Shown here: positions 49,907 to 62,662 of the stretch, in pieces
How the letters are laid out: the number at the start of each line of letters is the position of its first letter
How positions within the stretch are numbered: the first letter of the stretch is position 1
NCBI RefSeq assembly: GCF_902459465.1
Contig: NC_047072.1
Location: 17,174,001 to 17,238,000, forward strand
Length of the DNA: 64,000 bases
Direction of reading: 5' to 3'
Source of the DNA: Asterias rubens
Lineage: Eukaryota
Notes under the pieces: model-generated
The model's database searches: none
Told to the model about the DNA's origin: nothing
Seen by the model: only the letters and a program-made list of their open reading frames with translations
Program-made: the position numbers and the translations under genes

Positions 49907-50757
49907 AGGCACTTGACACTAATAGTTACTCAAGTTACTCAATTAGTAATTACTATCAACAGCTCTCCACTGCTCGTTACCAAGTAGAACTTTATGCTAA
50001 CAATATTATTATCTTGAGTAATTACCAATAGTGTCCCGGGTGCCAGTAGTTGCAGGTTTGCAATTTTTACTTACTGGCCAAATGAAGGATTTCCTGTCGC
50101 TTTCCCGATCAGGAGCCTGCAGGGGTCAAATGTCAACCTCTTAAGTATTGGTTCCAGAGCGATTCTGTGTATTGTTTTCTCGTTTAATTTAAACCATGCC
50201 TTAAAGCAATTTACCTTTCCTTATTGTGTTAGATTTGGCTCAATATTTGGATAAAGAATGAAATTGATTAGAGTTGACGGTGGGGCTATGTGGCATGTTT
50301 ATAAATGAATTTGTCCTCTCTCAAATTCTTGAATAGATTCGAGGTATGTCCATTATTACTGCAGTAAAGATGTTCTTTTTACCAATTCCAAATTAATCCA
50401 AAATGGAGAACAAGCTCACAATTTTGTACATTCCTTACCTATTAATTTATCTTGTTATAACAATGGTTTGGCCTGGTTTGTGGTCACATCATAGTGAGAA
50501 TGGAAAACAGTGTAGTTCAAAAATTAATCCTTACAGGAAATAGCAATCGGGTGTTACTTAAAGGGATGAGGAAATATCATAATAATAATTGCTATTTCAG
50601 CACCTTCAATCTTGAACGCTAAAGAGTTTAAAGATTTGCAGGAGTAGACATTAAACAGTCGTGAAGCCCAATTGTTGTTCTGAACCACCTTTGCAAGACT
50701 GACCAACAAATCTGACAAAACAAAATAAATAATTTCGAAAATATTTTTGCAACTTAC

Positions 50758-51141
50758 GATTTCCTCCCTCAGCCATTTAATATTCTGTTCCATTTTTGCT
50801 TCCCGCTCTCTTCTGTCCGTCCTCCACCGTTGAAATTGCACTGGCTCACGGCTCATGCCTTGGTCTCGGTCGCATGTTCTCTGCTCCTTGCCGTAGAAAC
50901 TACTGCCGGCCGGGCCGACCACCGGCGGAGCACGTCGACTCGGCTCCTCGCAAGTCGAGTGCACGGTCGGTGACGAGTCACTGGTGTGATTTATGCTAAT
51001 TGTTAACTCGGCTAGGAATCGCACACCGCGCACACGTCTGGTGGTGTCAGAATTGGTGCCCAGTTCAACACCAACGTCCGTTAAAGTGGAGTCCTTGAAA
51101 GTTGTTTCTTCTGATGAGTCGCAGTTGACATAGTCGCCCAT
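50758..51141 (-). CDS. FAM167-like coiled-coil protein, exon 1 (coding)
   Basis: gatcATGG start just after a ttgaaatag acceptor; 128 codons ending MEQNIKWLREEI, then donor ATC|GTAAGT in phase 0. Intron 38944-50757. Confidence 0.75.
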
Positions 51142-53169
51142 GATCCTATTTCAAATACATAAATTTTGAGTGTTCACTAGATATGAATTCACACTCACTA
51201 GATATGAATTCACACATTATTAATTCATAATCCTCAGAGTGCTGTAGGATTTCATAATGGCTCACTCCTTCTCGACGGTGTAAGTTCTAACAAGAAATCC
51301 TGTTTTAGAGGAAGTACCTAGAACCTGTGCCAAATTCATCTTTTGGTGAAAATACTGTTGAAAGTGAAGGAAGTCTGTTTAACTCGCATCCTGTAAACGG
51401 ATATCTAACTTGCACAGATTGAGTTTATGCATTGAGTTGTATGTAAAGTTGTATTGCAAACGACTGATGTATACTGTCTGCAAAGTTGTCAAAAGAGGGC
51501 CTCACACACTCCTCAAAAAACGCACAGCGTTGTATGTTATACTTTACAAGAATTCTACGGCTAAATGTAATAAGATTTTTCGATCCACAGTAAAGAGTGT
51601 GTGTTGTGTCTTTGTGCTGCTTAGCGAGGTAATGAAGTTTGAATGTGCCTTAAATTTCATGTCAATATTGTGAAACTCTGTATAATAAAAATAATTCTTC
51701 AGTTGGCCTTTTATCTTGCTGTAGAAGGCAATTATAGGCACACTGCAAAAACTTGTGGTAAAACTGTTTCTGGAACCCTATTAATAAAACACAACAGCTG
51801 GTGTCGGTTGTTGCAACCAAAACTTAGGGACAATGTGTTAAAATGCTGACAACTGTGCACGGTTTTCGCTAACTTTTCCTGGCTCACATATTGCGGGTTA
51901 AACCTTAATTTTCGAGAATTTTTTTTGTATAGTTCGTGATAGGCCTATAATAACAGTTGATCGCACAAAACATGAACACTGACACTGTCTGCGATTTTTT
52001 TCACTCAGCTCTATATTTTAGCATCAACCGTTATGTATGAGTTTTTCAATGACATTCGAAAATGTGTGTCACACAGTATTCAAATCTTAGAAAATGTAAT
52101 TCAATCTTTGCAATAAGTCCTATGACCCATAGAGTCAGGGGAAAATGTTGATTCAAGACACGGGGAGTTGGCCGTCCCAGCGAGCGGGCCTTTCGCAAGA
52201 GTGACTCATTTTATGTAAGGGTATAGACTCAATTTAGGTGTTTTTGTTGTGCGGTAAAGTTGTTATTAGTAAGGTAGTCTAAGGCACCCTGTCGAGACTT
52301 CAAAGCTTTGCTCATACTTTGAAAATATCACCGGATACTGTAGGGCGTGGTTTAGATTGATCACCTTGCTTTATTCTTAGATGGTAAAGGCATGTTTGAT
52401 TTCGCTTTTGGTTTCATTTCGGTTTCAAGTTTTACGCTGCCAAAAATGCCACGCCTGATACTTCATGGAGCAACGAATGCGATTTGCTTACATGCCCCCT
52501 GGCCTTTGCCTTGCTGCCCTTGAAATGCTACAGTAGAAAGTTACAATGTCCTCACAGGGTTTTGATCTCACTTTGGTTTCATGTTACTTTTTATGCTGCC
52601 ATTCAACGCTCAGGCATGATTACTTCATGGGGCAACGAAAACGATTGCCTACACCCCTGGTCATTGCCTTGGTGCCCTTGGTGTAGATTAGAAGACAGTT
52701 TACAATTCCCTAACCCCTTTGAGGAGGAAATGCCTTTTATGCCTCTGCCCTTTCAAAAACGAAGCATAAAACAGGCCCGCACCATTCACGTGTGGAATCA
52801 GTTGTTTAATATTTCGGTGAAATCTTATTTCTCATTATTCTTCATCACATCAAAGAAGAACTACAAACAATGCATACAGTGAATAATACAAGTAATTTTA
52901 CACAATAAGATTGTCTTCAAAAAAGACTTGGAAATGTACCTTTATATTTCTCACTACTCTTCAAATCAAAATCTTCTTCCGCTTATAATTAGGTTTTGCG
53001 AGAGCAAACAGAACGGAACTTCTCTCAAGAGATATGCAGCAAGCAAAGAACCCGCTTAATTTTCCCTCCAACTTCCCCAAGGGTAGATCCCAACGTCAAT
53101 GACACGCGGACAATACACGAGGAGAATCTTCAATAAAGAACCTGTCAGCTTTGACGAAGAATGGCTGAA

Positions 53170-53217
53170 GAAGGGTTTGCAGAAAGAAGGGTTTGCAGAA
53201 AGAAGGGTTTGCAGGAA
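53170..53217 (+). repeat. 16-bp tandem repeat, three copies
   Basis: gaagggtttgcag(a/g)aa x3. Confidence 0.85.
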
Positions 53218-54273
53218 GAAGCTTAGCAGCGCTGTCTGTCAAGAAAGCTGCCAATAGGGACCTCCAATCCAGAGATTTAATTAATAAGAGTTGGAGAAAA
53301 ATAAAGGTAAAACTCTCTTAAAGTTTAATAGATTGAAATTCACTGTGATCAATATTGACACTATACGACTGCATGTGAATCCAACATTTTTCCACATTTA
53401 AAAAAAAACTGTCAAGACCCCACCTACCTCCAAACAAGTATAAACGGTCGCGCACAAAATCCTTGCTCTATGCATCACCCACTGAAGGTTTTTTCAGGTT
53501 TGAAAACTAGAGTTTGAAATGAACAAGTCCCCCCTAAAACAGTGATTAAGTACCAAAATTTGACGGAAATGCTTTCTGTATGTAAGAAGTGGGAGGAAAG
53601 AACGCTGTCAAGGTAGCTAAGCTTAAAAACACAACCGTGCGCTTTCATCACTCTGTATCTTCGGTCTGATTTGGATTGGATTTTTGAAGAAATAAAAACA
53701 CTTTCTTGTAACATGGCTTGTAACATCTTTCAGCAAGGCGCACCTGCATGGGCCTTCTAGATCCCTTTCTTGGTAATGTAAACTGGTTGCCTTAAATGAG
53801 CGGGTGTCATCCCCGTAGGAGATTTGGCGCATTAGTCCAGAAAACGCCTTCTGCAGATCCCGGTGTTGAGTTAAACATTACCGGTTACAAGGAAATCTGT
53901 CTGCCGGAGATTACGTCCCCCATGGGAAATTAGCATGGGCTTTGGGTGGATGATTCAAAGAAGGGCGCCCTCTTTCGAATCGTCTTTCGGAAGAAGTTTG
54001 TAAGGGGGATGGAGGTGTGGGGGCGGGGGGGGGGGGGGGTTAAGTGTAGCCATATTATGAAAGCTTTAACGTCGTGTATTAGGGTCAGGTTTTGACACCC
54101 TGGTTTTTGTAATAATACAAAACAAAATGAATCAAAATTAACATCACAAAATGATGTAAAAATGACACCAAAGTAATCGTACTGTTGTTATTTTGGCTCC
54201 TGATTGTCTATTGTGACAACACTGACATAGGGCACAAGGACTATGATACAACCCAGTTTTTGCAGCGTAATGC

Positions 54274-54653
54274 TTAAAGGCAGTGGACACTATTGGTAAT
54301 TACTCAAAATAATTATTAGCTTAAATCCTTACTTGGTAATGAGTAATGACGAGAGGTTGATGGTATAAAACATTGTGAGAAACGGCACCCTCTGAAGTGC
54401 CATAGTTTTTGAGAAAGAAGTAATTTTCCACGAATTTGATTTCGAGACCTCAGATTTAGAACTTGAGGTCTCAAAATCAACCATCTAAACGCACACAACT
54501 TCGTGTGACAATGGTTTTTTTTTCTTTCATTATTATCACGCAAGTTCGATGACAGATTGAGCTCAAATTTTCACAGGTTTGTTATTTTGATGCATATGTT
54601 GAGATACACCAACTGTGAAGGTTCTAATTACCAATAGTGTCCACTGCCTTTAA
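54274..54653. mobile_element. Family A MITE, near full length
   Basis: Both TIRs with TTAA. Confidence 0.85.
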
Positions 54654-55270
54654 GGCTGTGCTAACATTGCACTCTTAATGTGCATAATTATTTTTATGTG
54701 CGATAATTACCTTTTACACTTTGTTTTAAGTCTCCCTGTGACCCGTTTTTGTTGTTGTTGAATGTTTTGTCTCCTCATAATCAATGTGTTCTTGAAGTAT
54801 AGTAGAAGAAGCACAACGGTGATTCGGCGCAAGCGGGTGAAATAGCGCCCTCTTGTGGACGAACCTATGCTCTCGAGTTAGGGCGAGTAGATGCGGACAA
54901 AACTGCCATCTCAGACTTGAAATCAAGTCTACAAGTATACACTATGACCACCTTTCGTTGTTGAAGTGTTTACTCTATCTAGCCATCGTACCATGTGCAA
55001 TAGGAAACCTTATTTCGGAAACAATGCCGACCTTTCCAGGTGACTGGTGTGGAAATTTTCTCAACGAATGTGGGAAGTTCCCGTATTATTGAAATGCAAT
55101 AGTTGCAAGGTCAAACTTGTTGTTATTATTATTGCACATTTACGTTTGGTACGCTTCAAAAAATACAACAGCATGCTTCTTTTATGCAATATGCCTATGG
55201 GTAATTTCTTCCACCATTTCAAACGGAAATATATCTGGTGAATATACCTTATAAGTGTGTTTTAGCCTTA

Positions 55271-57720
55271 GTAATAATAATAATAATGAAAACTTATAAA
55301 GCGCACAAATCCACAGAAGTGCTCATGGTGCTAAAATACAAACAATAGCATTAATTAATATACAACAACAACAACACAAATTAAAATGTAAACCTAAGTT
55401 GAGAGAAATCTAGAACACGTGGTATAGAATACAATAATACAAGTGCAATATTTAAGAAAAACCATCCTAAAAGGTAACAAAAATAACAATAATTAAACCA
55501 TTGAATCAAATGCCTGTTTGAAGAGATGTGTTTTCAGTTGTTTTTTAAATTGGGTCAAAGAAACGGATGATTTTACTAGTGCAGGCAGTTTGTTCCATAG
55601 ACGAGGGGCAGCATGTGAAAAAGATCGGTCTCCCCATGAATGTTTGGAAATGGGCTCAATAAGGAGGCTAGAATTATAAGACCGGAGTTTTCGAGGAGGA
55701 TTGTATGAGCTGAGAAGATCATCAATATATGCAGGGGCATTACTGGTGAGCGATTTATACACGAAAAGCAAAAGTTTATACTTAATCCTACTGCTTACTG
55801 GTAACCAGTGTAATTCTTTTAAAATCGGCGTTATATGGCAGGACTTTTTAGCTAAGGTAATAACACGAGCAGTATAGTTTTGAATACGTTGAAGACGTTC
55901 AATTTGAGTACAAGGAAGGCCATATAGAAGTGAATTGCACATATCCAGTCTAGAAACTACAACAGAGTGGACTATCTGCACAGTTGCATTTTGTGTCAAA
56001 TATTTCCTGACTTTGCCTATATTACGGATATGAAATGTTGTAGAGCGTGAAATACTAGAAATAATGTGAACTAAGTGTCATGGAAGAGTCGAATAATATA
56101 ACACACCAAGATTGCGAGCTTTTGCAACAGCGGTGACTTCGGAGTCACCAATATTAATGTGGGAAATAGTAATTTTAGAAAGTTGTTGCCGTGAACCGAG
56201 TATAAGAAATTCTGTCTTGTGATCATTTAGCTTAAGGAAGTTGTCCTGCATCCAAACACGAATTTCAGAAACACATGTTTCAATACGATTAATGCTCTCA
56301 TCAGCAGAAATTTGTGATGGTTTAAAAGAGAAATATAACTGAGTGTCATCAGCATATACATGATAATTTAGATTGTGTTTCATGATGATGCTATGAACTG
56401 GGTAGGTGTAAACTGTAAACCACAGCGGTCCAAGAACTGACCCCTGAGGGACCGAAAAATCATGAACAACTCGATCCGATGTGGAATTGCCAATGCGAAC
56501 ATGTTGTGGTCTGTTTTGCAAATAGGATTGGCATTACCTTGTAAACCAATAATATCACGAAGTCTCTTGAGCAAAATAGTGTGATCCACAGTGTCAAAAG
56601 CCGCACTCAAATCAAGCAGAATCAGGGCAGTCACATAGCCGTTATCCATAGCACATAGAATGTCATTTTGCACTCGCAAGAGTGCCGATTCAGTGCTATG
56701 CTTGCACCTGTATGCTGACTGAAATTTATTAGCAAGGCCAGAGTCAGAGATAACAGTATTCAATCCGGATGCAACAATGCGCTCGATGGTCTTGCCAATA
56801 AACTTCAAATTAGACACCGGTCGGTAGTTAGACAAAGTCTCAACATCTAAACCTGGCTTCTTGATAAGGGGACGAATGTAAGCTGTCTTAAGACTGTCTG
56901 GGAAACTACCCTGCTCAAAAGACTTGTTCACAATAGTAGTAATAAGAGGTGCTGCAACATCAATACACTTTTTTAAAAAGATCAGTAGGTATGGGGTCCA
57001 GTTCACATGATTTAGAAGGAGAACTTCTTATCAACTTCTTGGCCTCAAACACAGTAGCGGATGCAAACTGGGAAATATTTGATACCTGAGCACACACAGG
57101 TAAATGGTTAGTTTGCGACATAGTAGAGCTAGTTGATACAGGGAAAATACTACGAATATTAAGAATTTTGTTTACTGAAATAGCGAGAAAAACTATCAGC
57201 CCAAACCGCATCTGATACACTACTGGGCAAGACAGGCGTTTTCTTGGCTTGATGTAGTAACCCATTTACGACTTTAAATAACTTTTTCTGATCGCCTGAA
57301 CAGTCCGTAATTTGAGAGGAGTAATAATTATTCAATTTTAGCGACATTAATTAATTCATTAACATTTTTCCTTTGATTACAATATAACTGTCTATCAATC
57401 TCTAGCCTTGTGTGCCTCCATTTTCTCTCATGAACCCTGCGCAGTTTTCTAGCAGTCTGTATAGCAACATTAAACCAAGGACTATGAGTTCTTACACGAA
57501 CTGATCTAGTCCGAGCTGGCGCGCATGCTTATTCAAAAGACCACTAAGGATATCCTCATAATTCTGCACACAAGAGTCAAGATTGGTAGAAGTCATATCA
57601 AAGTCATAGAGTAACTCAACCAGATCATTGCGGAAAACATCAACATCAATAGATTTAAGGTTACGTGTTGCACACTTTTTAACGTACATTTCTACGAACT
57701 GTGACGAAACTCCGGATCTA
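55271..57720 (-). mobile_element. 5'-truncated, frameshifted non-LTR retrotransposon (L2/CR1 group), reverse transcriptase pseudogene
   Basis: Fragmented ORFs with YRPVSNL, FQSAYRxxHSTESAL, LLDLSAAFDTVDH, VPQGSVLGP, YADDTQLY and the C-terminal LHWLPV; ends in gcgctttataag...(att)n tail near 55272-55288. Multiple frameshifts and stops. Confidence 0.92.
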
Positions 57721-59433
57721 ACCTTGGTAATGACGGGGGGGGGGGGGGGGGTATTCTTGTCACCCGGACCTTGGACGAGTGTCCTTTGAACAAAAATCAA
57801 GCCAATACTCAGCTTTGTCCTAAACCTGAGTATTGGCTTGATTTGTTTCAATGAGGGAGAGGGTGATTCGACAACTCATGAAGTGAATACAAATTTGAAC
57901 AATAATCATAAGAAAAGGAACACTCTAAAATATATCAGTCAAAACATGGAGAAAGAAATATTTCTTCTTCCTCCATAGTCACTAAACAACACTAATTTTT
58001 AGTCATACGATCGAGACATGATTTTGACTAAATATTTTCAACCGATTTTCTTTAAAATCCCTGCAAAGAATTTTGTTGTTTATGCATGTCGCCAGTCACA
58101 CAATTGCTGAAACTATTTTGATATTTTTATCCACTTTCTTGTCCCCCCCCCCCCCCCCACTGTGATTTTTATTTTAACCGTGAATAACATTTATTTTGTT
58201 GTGATACTCTGCCACGCCACAACCACTGATGGTGGTTTCTAAGCAATGTTTTTCGTCCCCATGGTTATAGAATAGTACAGCCTTATGTTATTGTCAGCAT
58301 GGAGGAAGAAATAGTTTTTCCTCCATGTTGTCACCCACTATAGGCTTGGTTCCAAGTCTGTGATTTTGACTTTCAGTCTACCCTATTGCCATTTTTTCTT
58401 GGCTGATGCAGAGAAACCGCAATCTCAGCCTTGAAATCAATTATATCACCACAATCGAACAAAAGGACGCCGTTATCTTTCACAATGATTTCCGCTCTGT
58501 CGATTTCTGTGATGTCGCAAGACTAAGGGCAATTCCCTGCCACATAATACAATTGCCTGCACAAAAAATGATGACATCACTATTGCAATTCAGCTGGCGT
58601 TCTCTCAACTGACTTTTCTATAAATAGCGTCATGAACGTCTACGTCATGTCAAAGCATAGAGTAAGGACAGAACTCTATGGCCAAAGATAGTCGGCTTTT
58701 TTTTTTTAGGGTGAGTTACCTACTACCTTAACTTTAATGTGCATTTTTTGTGTAGTGTTTCACTGCAACTATTTAAATAAGAAGCCACGGTTATTATTTA
58801 TGATATTTGTTTATATCTTTTGAAGTAAGAATTATGTGTAGTTTGTAAAAACACAACAAAAGAGCGGATTCTTTAAGTGAAGGGTTTAAAAAGTATACCC
58901 TATAAAAAGTGGAAGACCCCACTAAAATTGCGGGGTGATGAAAAGGGGAATCCCAAACGGAAAACTAAAATTCGGGACCTTTTGGGTTTTTTTGTTAGCT
59001 GGAATAAACCGTTTGTGGGAATGTTTACTCTGGAAATTGTGTATTAGGAACCGACATTTGGAATACCAAATCATAATGTACATGTCAGGATATGTAAGGT
59101 AAGTTTGGGGAGGGTTGTGTGGGGCATGTTGGAACATGATTTCGTTGTAAAGCGAGTGACGCACGAACACCATCATAATCATCATGGCCGCCATATCTTG
59201 GCCACACTAGTGGGGCTAGCGTTAATTGATGGCGACGTTCATAAATTGCCAACAAACTGTGCTCGTCTTCTGTAATATTATGTATTGCTCGACTCTGTTT
59301 TGTTCCGTGTGCGTTGGGTGTGTCGATTGTTGGTCATATTATGTCCCATACATGGAGGTAGTGTTGGTTTCCTTAAAATTTTATTCTACCTTCAATATTG
59401 AATTCCATACACGATACATGCAGTGTATGTACG

Positions 59434-60571
59434 TAAACTGCGCCAATAAAGTATCTAAACACTTACAAATGGTCAGATATCTCGGAACCTGAAACAGAAT
59501 GCCAAAAAATAATTATTAATTTTGAGTCACCGTTAAGTTCTGCACATTTTGACACATCTTGTGTTGCGCTACGATGTTGTTTGGTGGATTTACGGGCACT
59601 TGAGTGGCTTAAGGTCGAATTTCAAAAGTTGCAAAAGCCCCTATTCAAGCTAAATAGTTGTATTGTGACGAGTAAGATCGGCGTTTCTTTTGCTCGCCTT
59701 TTATAAATGATGTTTTTTTGGTCGCGTTTTGTATAAATCGGTTGCGATGAACATACTCACCAATAATTGTCAGTAACCAAACAAAGGGGTCAAAGATGGG
59801 AGGCATACAACAATATGGTAAGACAGGGAAATGTGTTTCAAGATAACAGGTAAGATGGCTCAAACGACCAAACAGGAAAAAGGACGGATCGTTGGTTTGA
59901 TAGAAGCCGGTACGTCGATGCGAGCTGCAGCTCATCAGGTAAAAACGTCACCAGCGACGGTCATTAAATGGTGGAATCGCTACCAAGCTCAGGGAAATGT
60001 GGACGACCTGCCAAGGAGTGGCCGTCCGAGGGTGACTTCTGCAGCAGAAGAAGAAAGTGAACAAGTCCATAAAGCCTGACACCACTCTCGAGGGGTTTGC
60101 GACGCATCCTGATCAGGAAATGGCAGGGGATTGACCAGGGACAGATCAGAGGTCTCATTGAGAGTATGAGAAGACGACTCCTTGTCGTTCAGGACAATGA
60201 TGGAGGACACACCAAGAATGGAGGACAGGATAACAGCAGTTTTAGAGTTAAAGATACGGCAATTAATTTCATGGTCATGTAAACGAAACGAGTTTGTGTC
60301 TTTTGTCTTGATTTTGTCTGAGTGTGATGCTTATGTGAGTTCCCTTTTGGAATTGGGGTGAATAGGGGCTTTTGCAACTTTTGAAATTCGACCTTAAGCC
60401 ACTCAAGTGCCATAAATCCACCAAACAACATCGTAGCGCAACACAAGATGTTTCAAAACGTGCAGAAATTAACGGTGAATAGAAACGAACAATTAAATTT
60501 TGGTATACTATTTCAGGTTCCGATAAATCTGACCATTTGTAAGTGTTTAGATACTTTATTGGCGCAGTTTA
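59434..60571 (+). mobile_element. Internally deleted Tc1/mariner element with ~214-bp TIRs
   Basis: TIRs 59434-59647 and 60359-60571. The N-terminal HTH (MAQTTKQEKGRIVGL...LPRSGRPRVT, from 59855) is fused to the C-terminal tail (LIESMRRRL...GGHTK); the DDE core is missing. Confidence 0.88.
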
Positions 60572-61450
60572 GTTGTAAAACCCCCGGTGCCCTACTCCCT
60601 TCAAAGTCGCAAAATATTTCTACATCCGTGTCCGACCAGAGTTGATCTGACTTTGCCTTTGCTTTTTGTATTCTTTATTATTATTTATAAATATAATATT
60701 AGTAAATAGTATAAATATTATTATTAATTGAAATTGGAGTCATGCAGCATCTTTTCTTGATTTGGAAAGTCGAATCTGTGGTGATTTGATTTTTTTTTTA
60801 GAGGAGATAAACAGCAAAAAAGTCGCACCAGAATAATAATGTGCTAGCTGTGTGTAAGTAAGTATTTGAAAGCACACAACTTATGTGGGAAAAGTGTTTT
60901 TTTTCCCTTCTATAGAATTATTCTCTCGAGTCTAATCATGGAGGATGGAGGTAGTCTACCTCCATGGTCCAATTTAGTCCACTTTTTCACTGGGTTGTTA
61001 TTATATTTTGGGATACACCAAGTGAGAATACTGGTCTTTGACAACTACCAAAGGTGTCTCTTCTTTGAACCACGCATGATGACACCAACATTTTCTCACC
61101 TTTCAGATGCCACCTTAAAGTGGTTTTTGAAGACAATTAATCATGGCAATTTAATTCTTGATGTCTCTTTTCAACAGATCTATAAACAGCAACAACAACA
61201 ACAACAACAACAAGTAAACAACAGAAAATTAAAAATAATACAAGTAAAGAAAGAAAGAAAAGCAAGAAAAGCAAGAGGCTTAACAACTTTTCTCCTGATA
61301 CACAAAGATGGCGCCAAAGGATAGAACGGATCAAGTTGAGCAGCGTTCGCCTCTTCGTCTCCCAAATAAAGTTTCTGACGCCAGCCCGATCATCACGAGT
61401 AATTTAAAACTACACATCAAGGAGGAGATCCAACAACACAGGTCTGTATT

Positions 61451-61712
61451 TTAAAGGCACTGGACACTAATTGGTAATACTCAAAATAAGTATAGCGTAA
61501 AGCCTTACTTGGTGACAAGTAATGGGGAGAGGTCGATACTATAAAACATTGTGAGAAAAGGCTCCCTCTGAAGTGACATAGTTTTTGAGAAAGAAGTAAT
61601 TGTCCTCGAATTTGATTACGAGACTTCAGATTTAGAATTTTAGGTCTAAAAATAAATTATCTAAACGCACACAACTTTGTGTGACAAGGGTGTTTTTTTC
61701 TTTCATTGTTAT
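61451..61712. mobile_element. Family A MITE, left two-thirds, interrupted by an LTR insertion
   Basis: Left TIR and body match the consensus up to tttcattgttat, then switch abruptly to TGTGAC. Confidence 0.8.
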
Positions 61713-62643
61713 TGTGACAAGTAGAATAATTCACATCCGGGAACTTTTCATTTATTCATACTCACCTTTTTAAATACACCGGTTAGCGCGCCCTCATCGG
61801 CCGCAAGACGTCAGAGGGCCACTCTTTCCTTTGACGTCGGAGACTTAACATCACATTATTTTCTCCGTCTTCAATTCAGGTAATTAGCATTCTATTTTCC
61901 ATCCATTCTCCCCTAGATTTCATATAAATTCCTCTTGTATAAATTATTCGGAGAGTTTAGCCTATTTTATGACATGTTTCTTTTTGACAAGAGAACGGTT
62001 TTCTAGAGTTAATTTACTTAGTGTTTAGTCGGGAAAGGAAACTCCCGTTATAGATATATTTCTTTTGGATTTGAATATCCTCAAGTCTCCTCTCTTAGAT
62101 TTTGTTTCTAGTTCTGCATTACTAGAGATCTAAAGTAATGCTGTACTTGTTTTCTGATTTAATGATGTAAATATTGCTGATTTTGCGGAGTTATCCTCTA
62201 ATTTTGGTACAATTCCAAGATGGCGGACGCCATTAAACTTTTGGCGGGAACTTTAATTATATTATTTAGTTTGCCGTTATTTATGCTTTTCTGTTTGCCA
62301 TCCATTTCCAATCTTTGGCAAATCGTTTATTATAGATAGTCTTTATCCAAGTTCACGGATTATTTCATTTATTTGTTTATTCTAAAATACATAATTTCTA
62401 GGCTGGAAAACAGCAACACTCTCGCGTCTTTTAAGGATTTCCTAATTAATTGTAAATAGTATTTGTGACTGTAAGTTTTATTCTAAATGTTCTATTTAAA
62501 GTATGTTTATTTAATTAGACTCTTTCCTTTGACGTCGGAGACTTAACATCACATTATTTTCTCCGTCTTCAATTCAGATATAAATAAAAGTCTGGAACAG
62601 CGAAGATTGTGTCCCGCAGGATCATTTATTTAAGCCGGTCACA
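61713..62643 (+). mobile_element. 5' LTR of an LTR retrotransposon (probably Gypsy-type)
   Basis: Terminal inverted TGTGAC...GTCACA, AATAAA near the 3' end, followed after 2 nt by a tRNA primer-binding site. Confidence 0.8.
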
Positions 62644-62645
62644 AA

Positions 62646-62662
62646 TGGTGGAGAATCCGGTC
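62646..62662 (+). promoter_or_regulatory. Primer-binding site complementary to the tRNA-Ala 3' end
   Basis: TGGTGGAGAATCCGGTC, compared with the expected TGGTGGAGAATGCGGGC for tRNA-Ala(AGC). Confidence 0.7.

Noticed and set aside
4871-54543. Many 60-95 aa ORFs sharing peptides such as RPQILNLRSRNQIRGKLLLSRK
   Set aside because: They are chance frames of family A MITE copies, with variable frameshifts and no protein motif.
60866-61324. 152-aa ORF with poly-Q
   Set aside because: Made of a decayed MITE plus a (CAA)n microsatellite.
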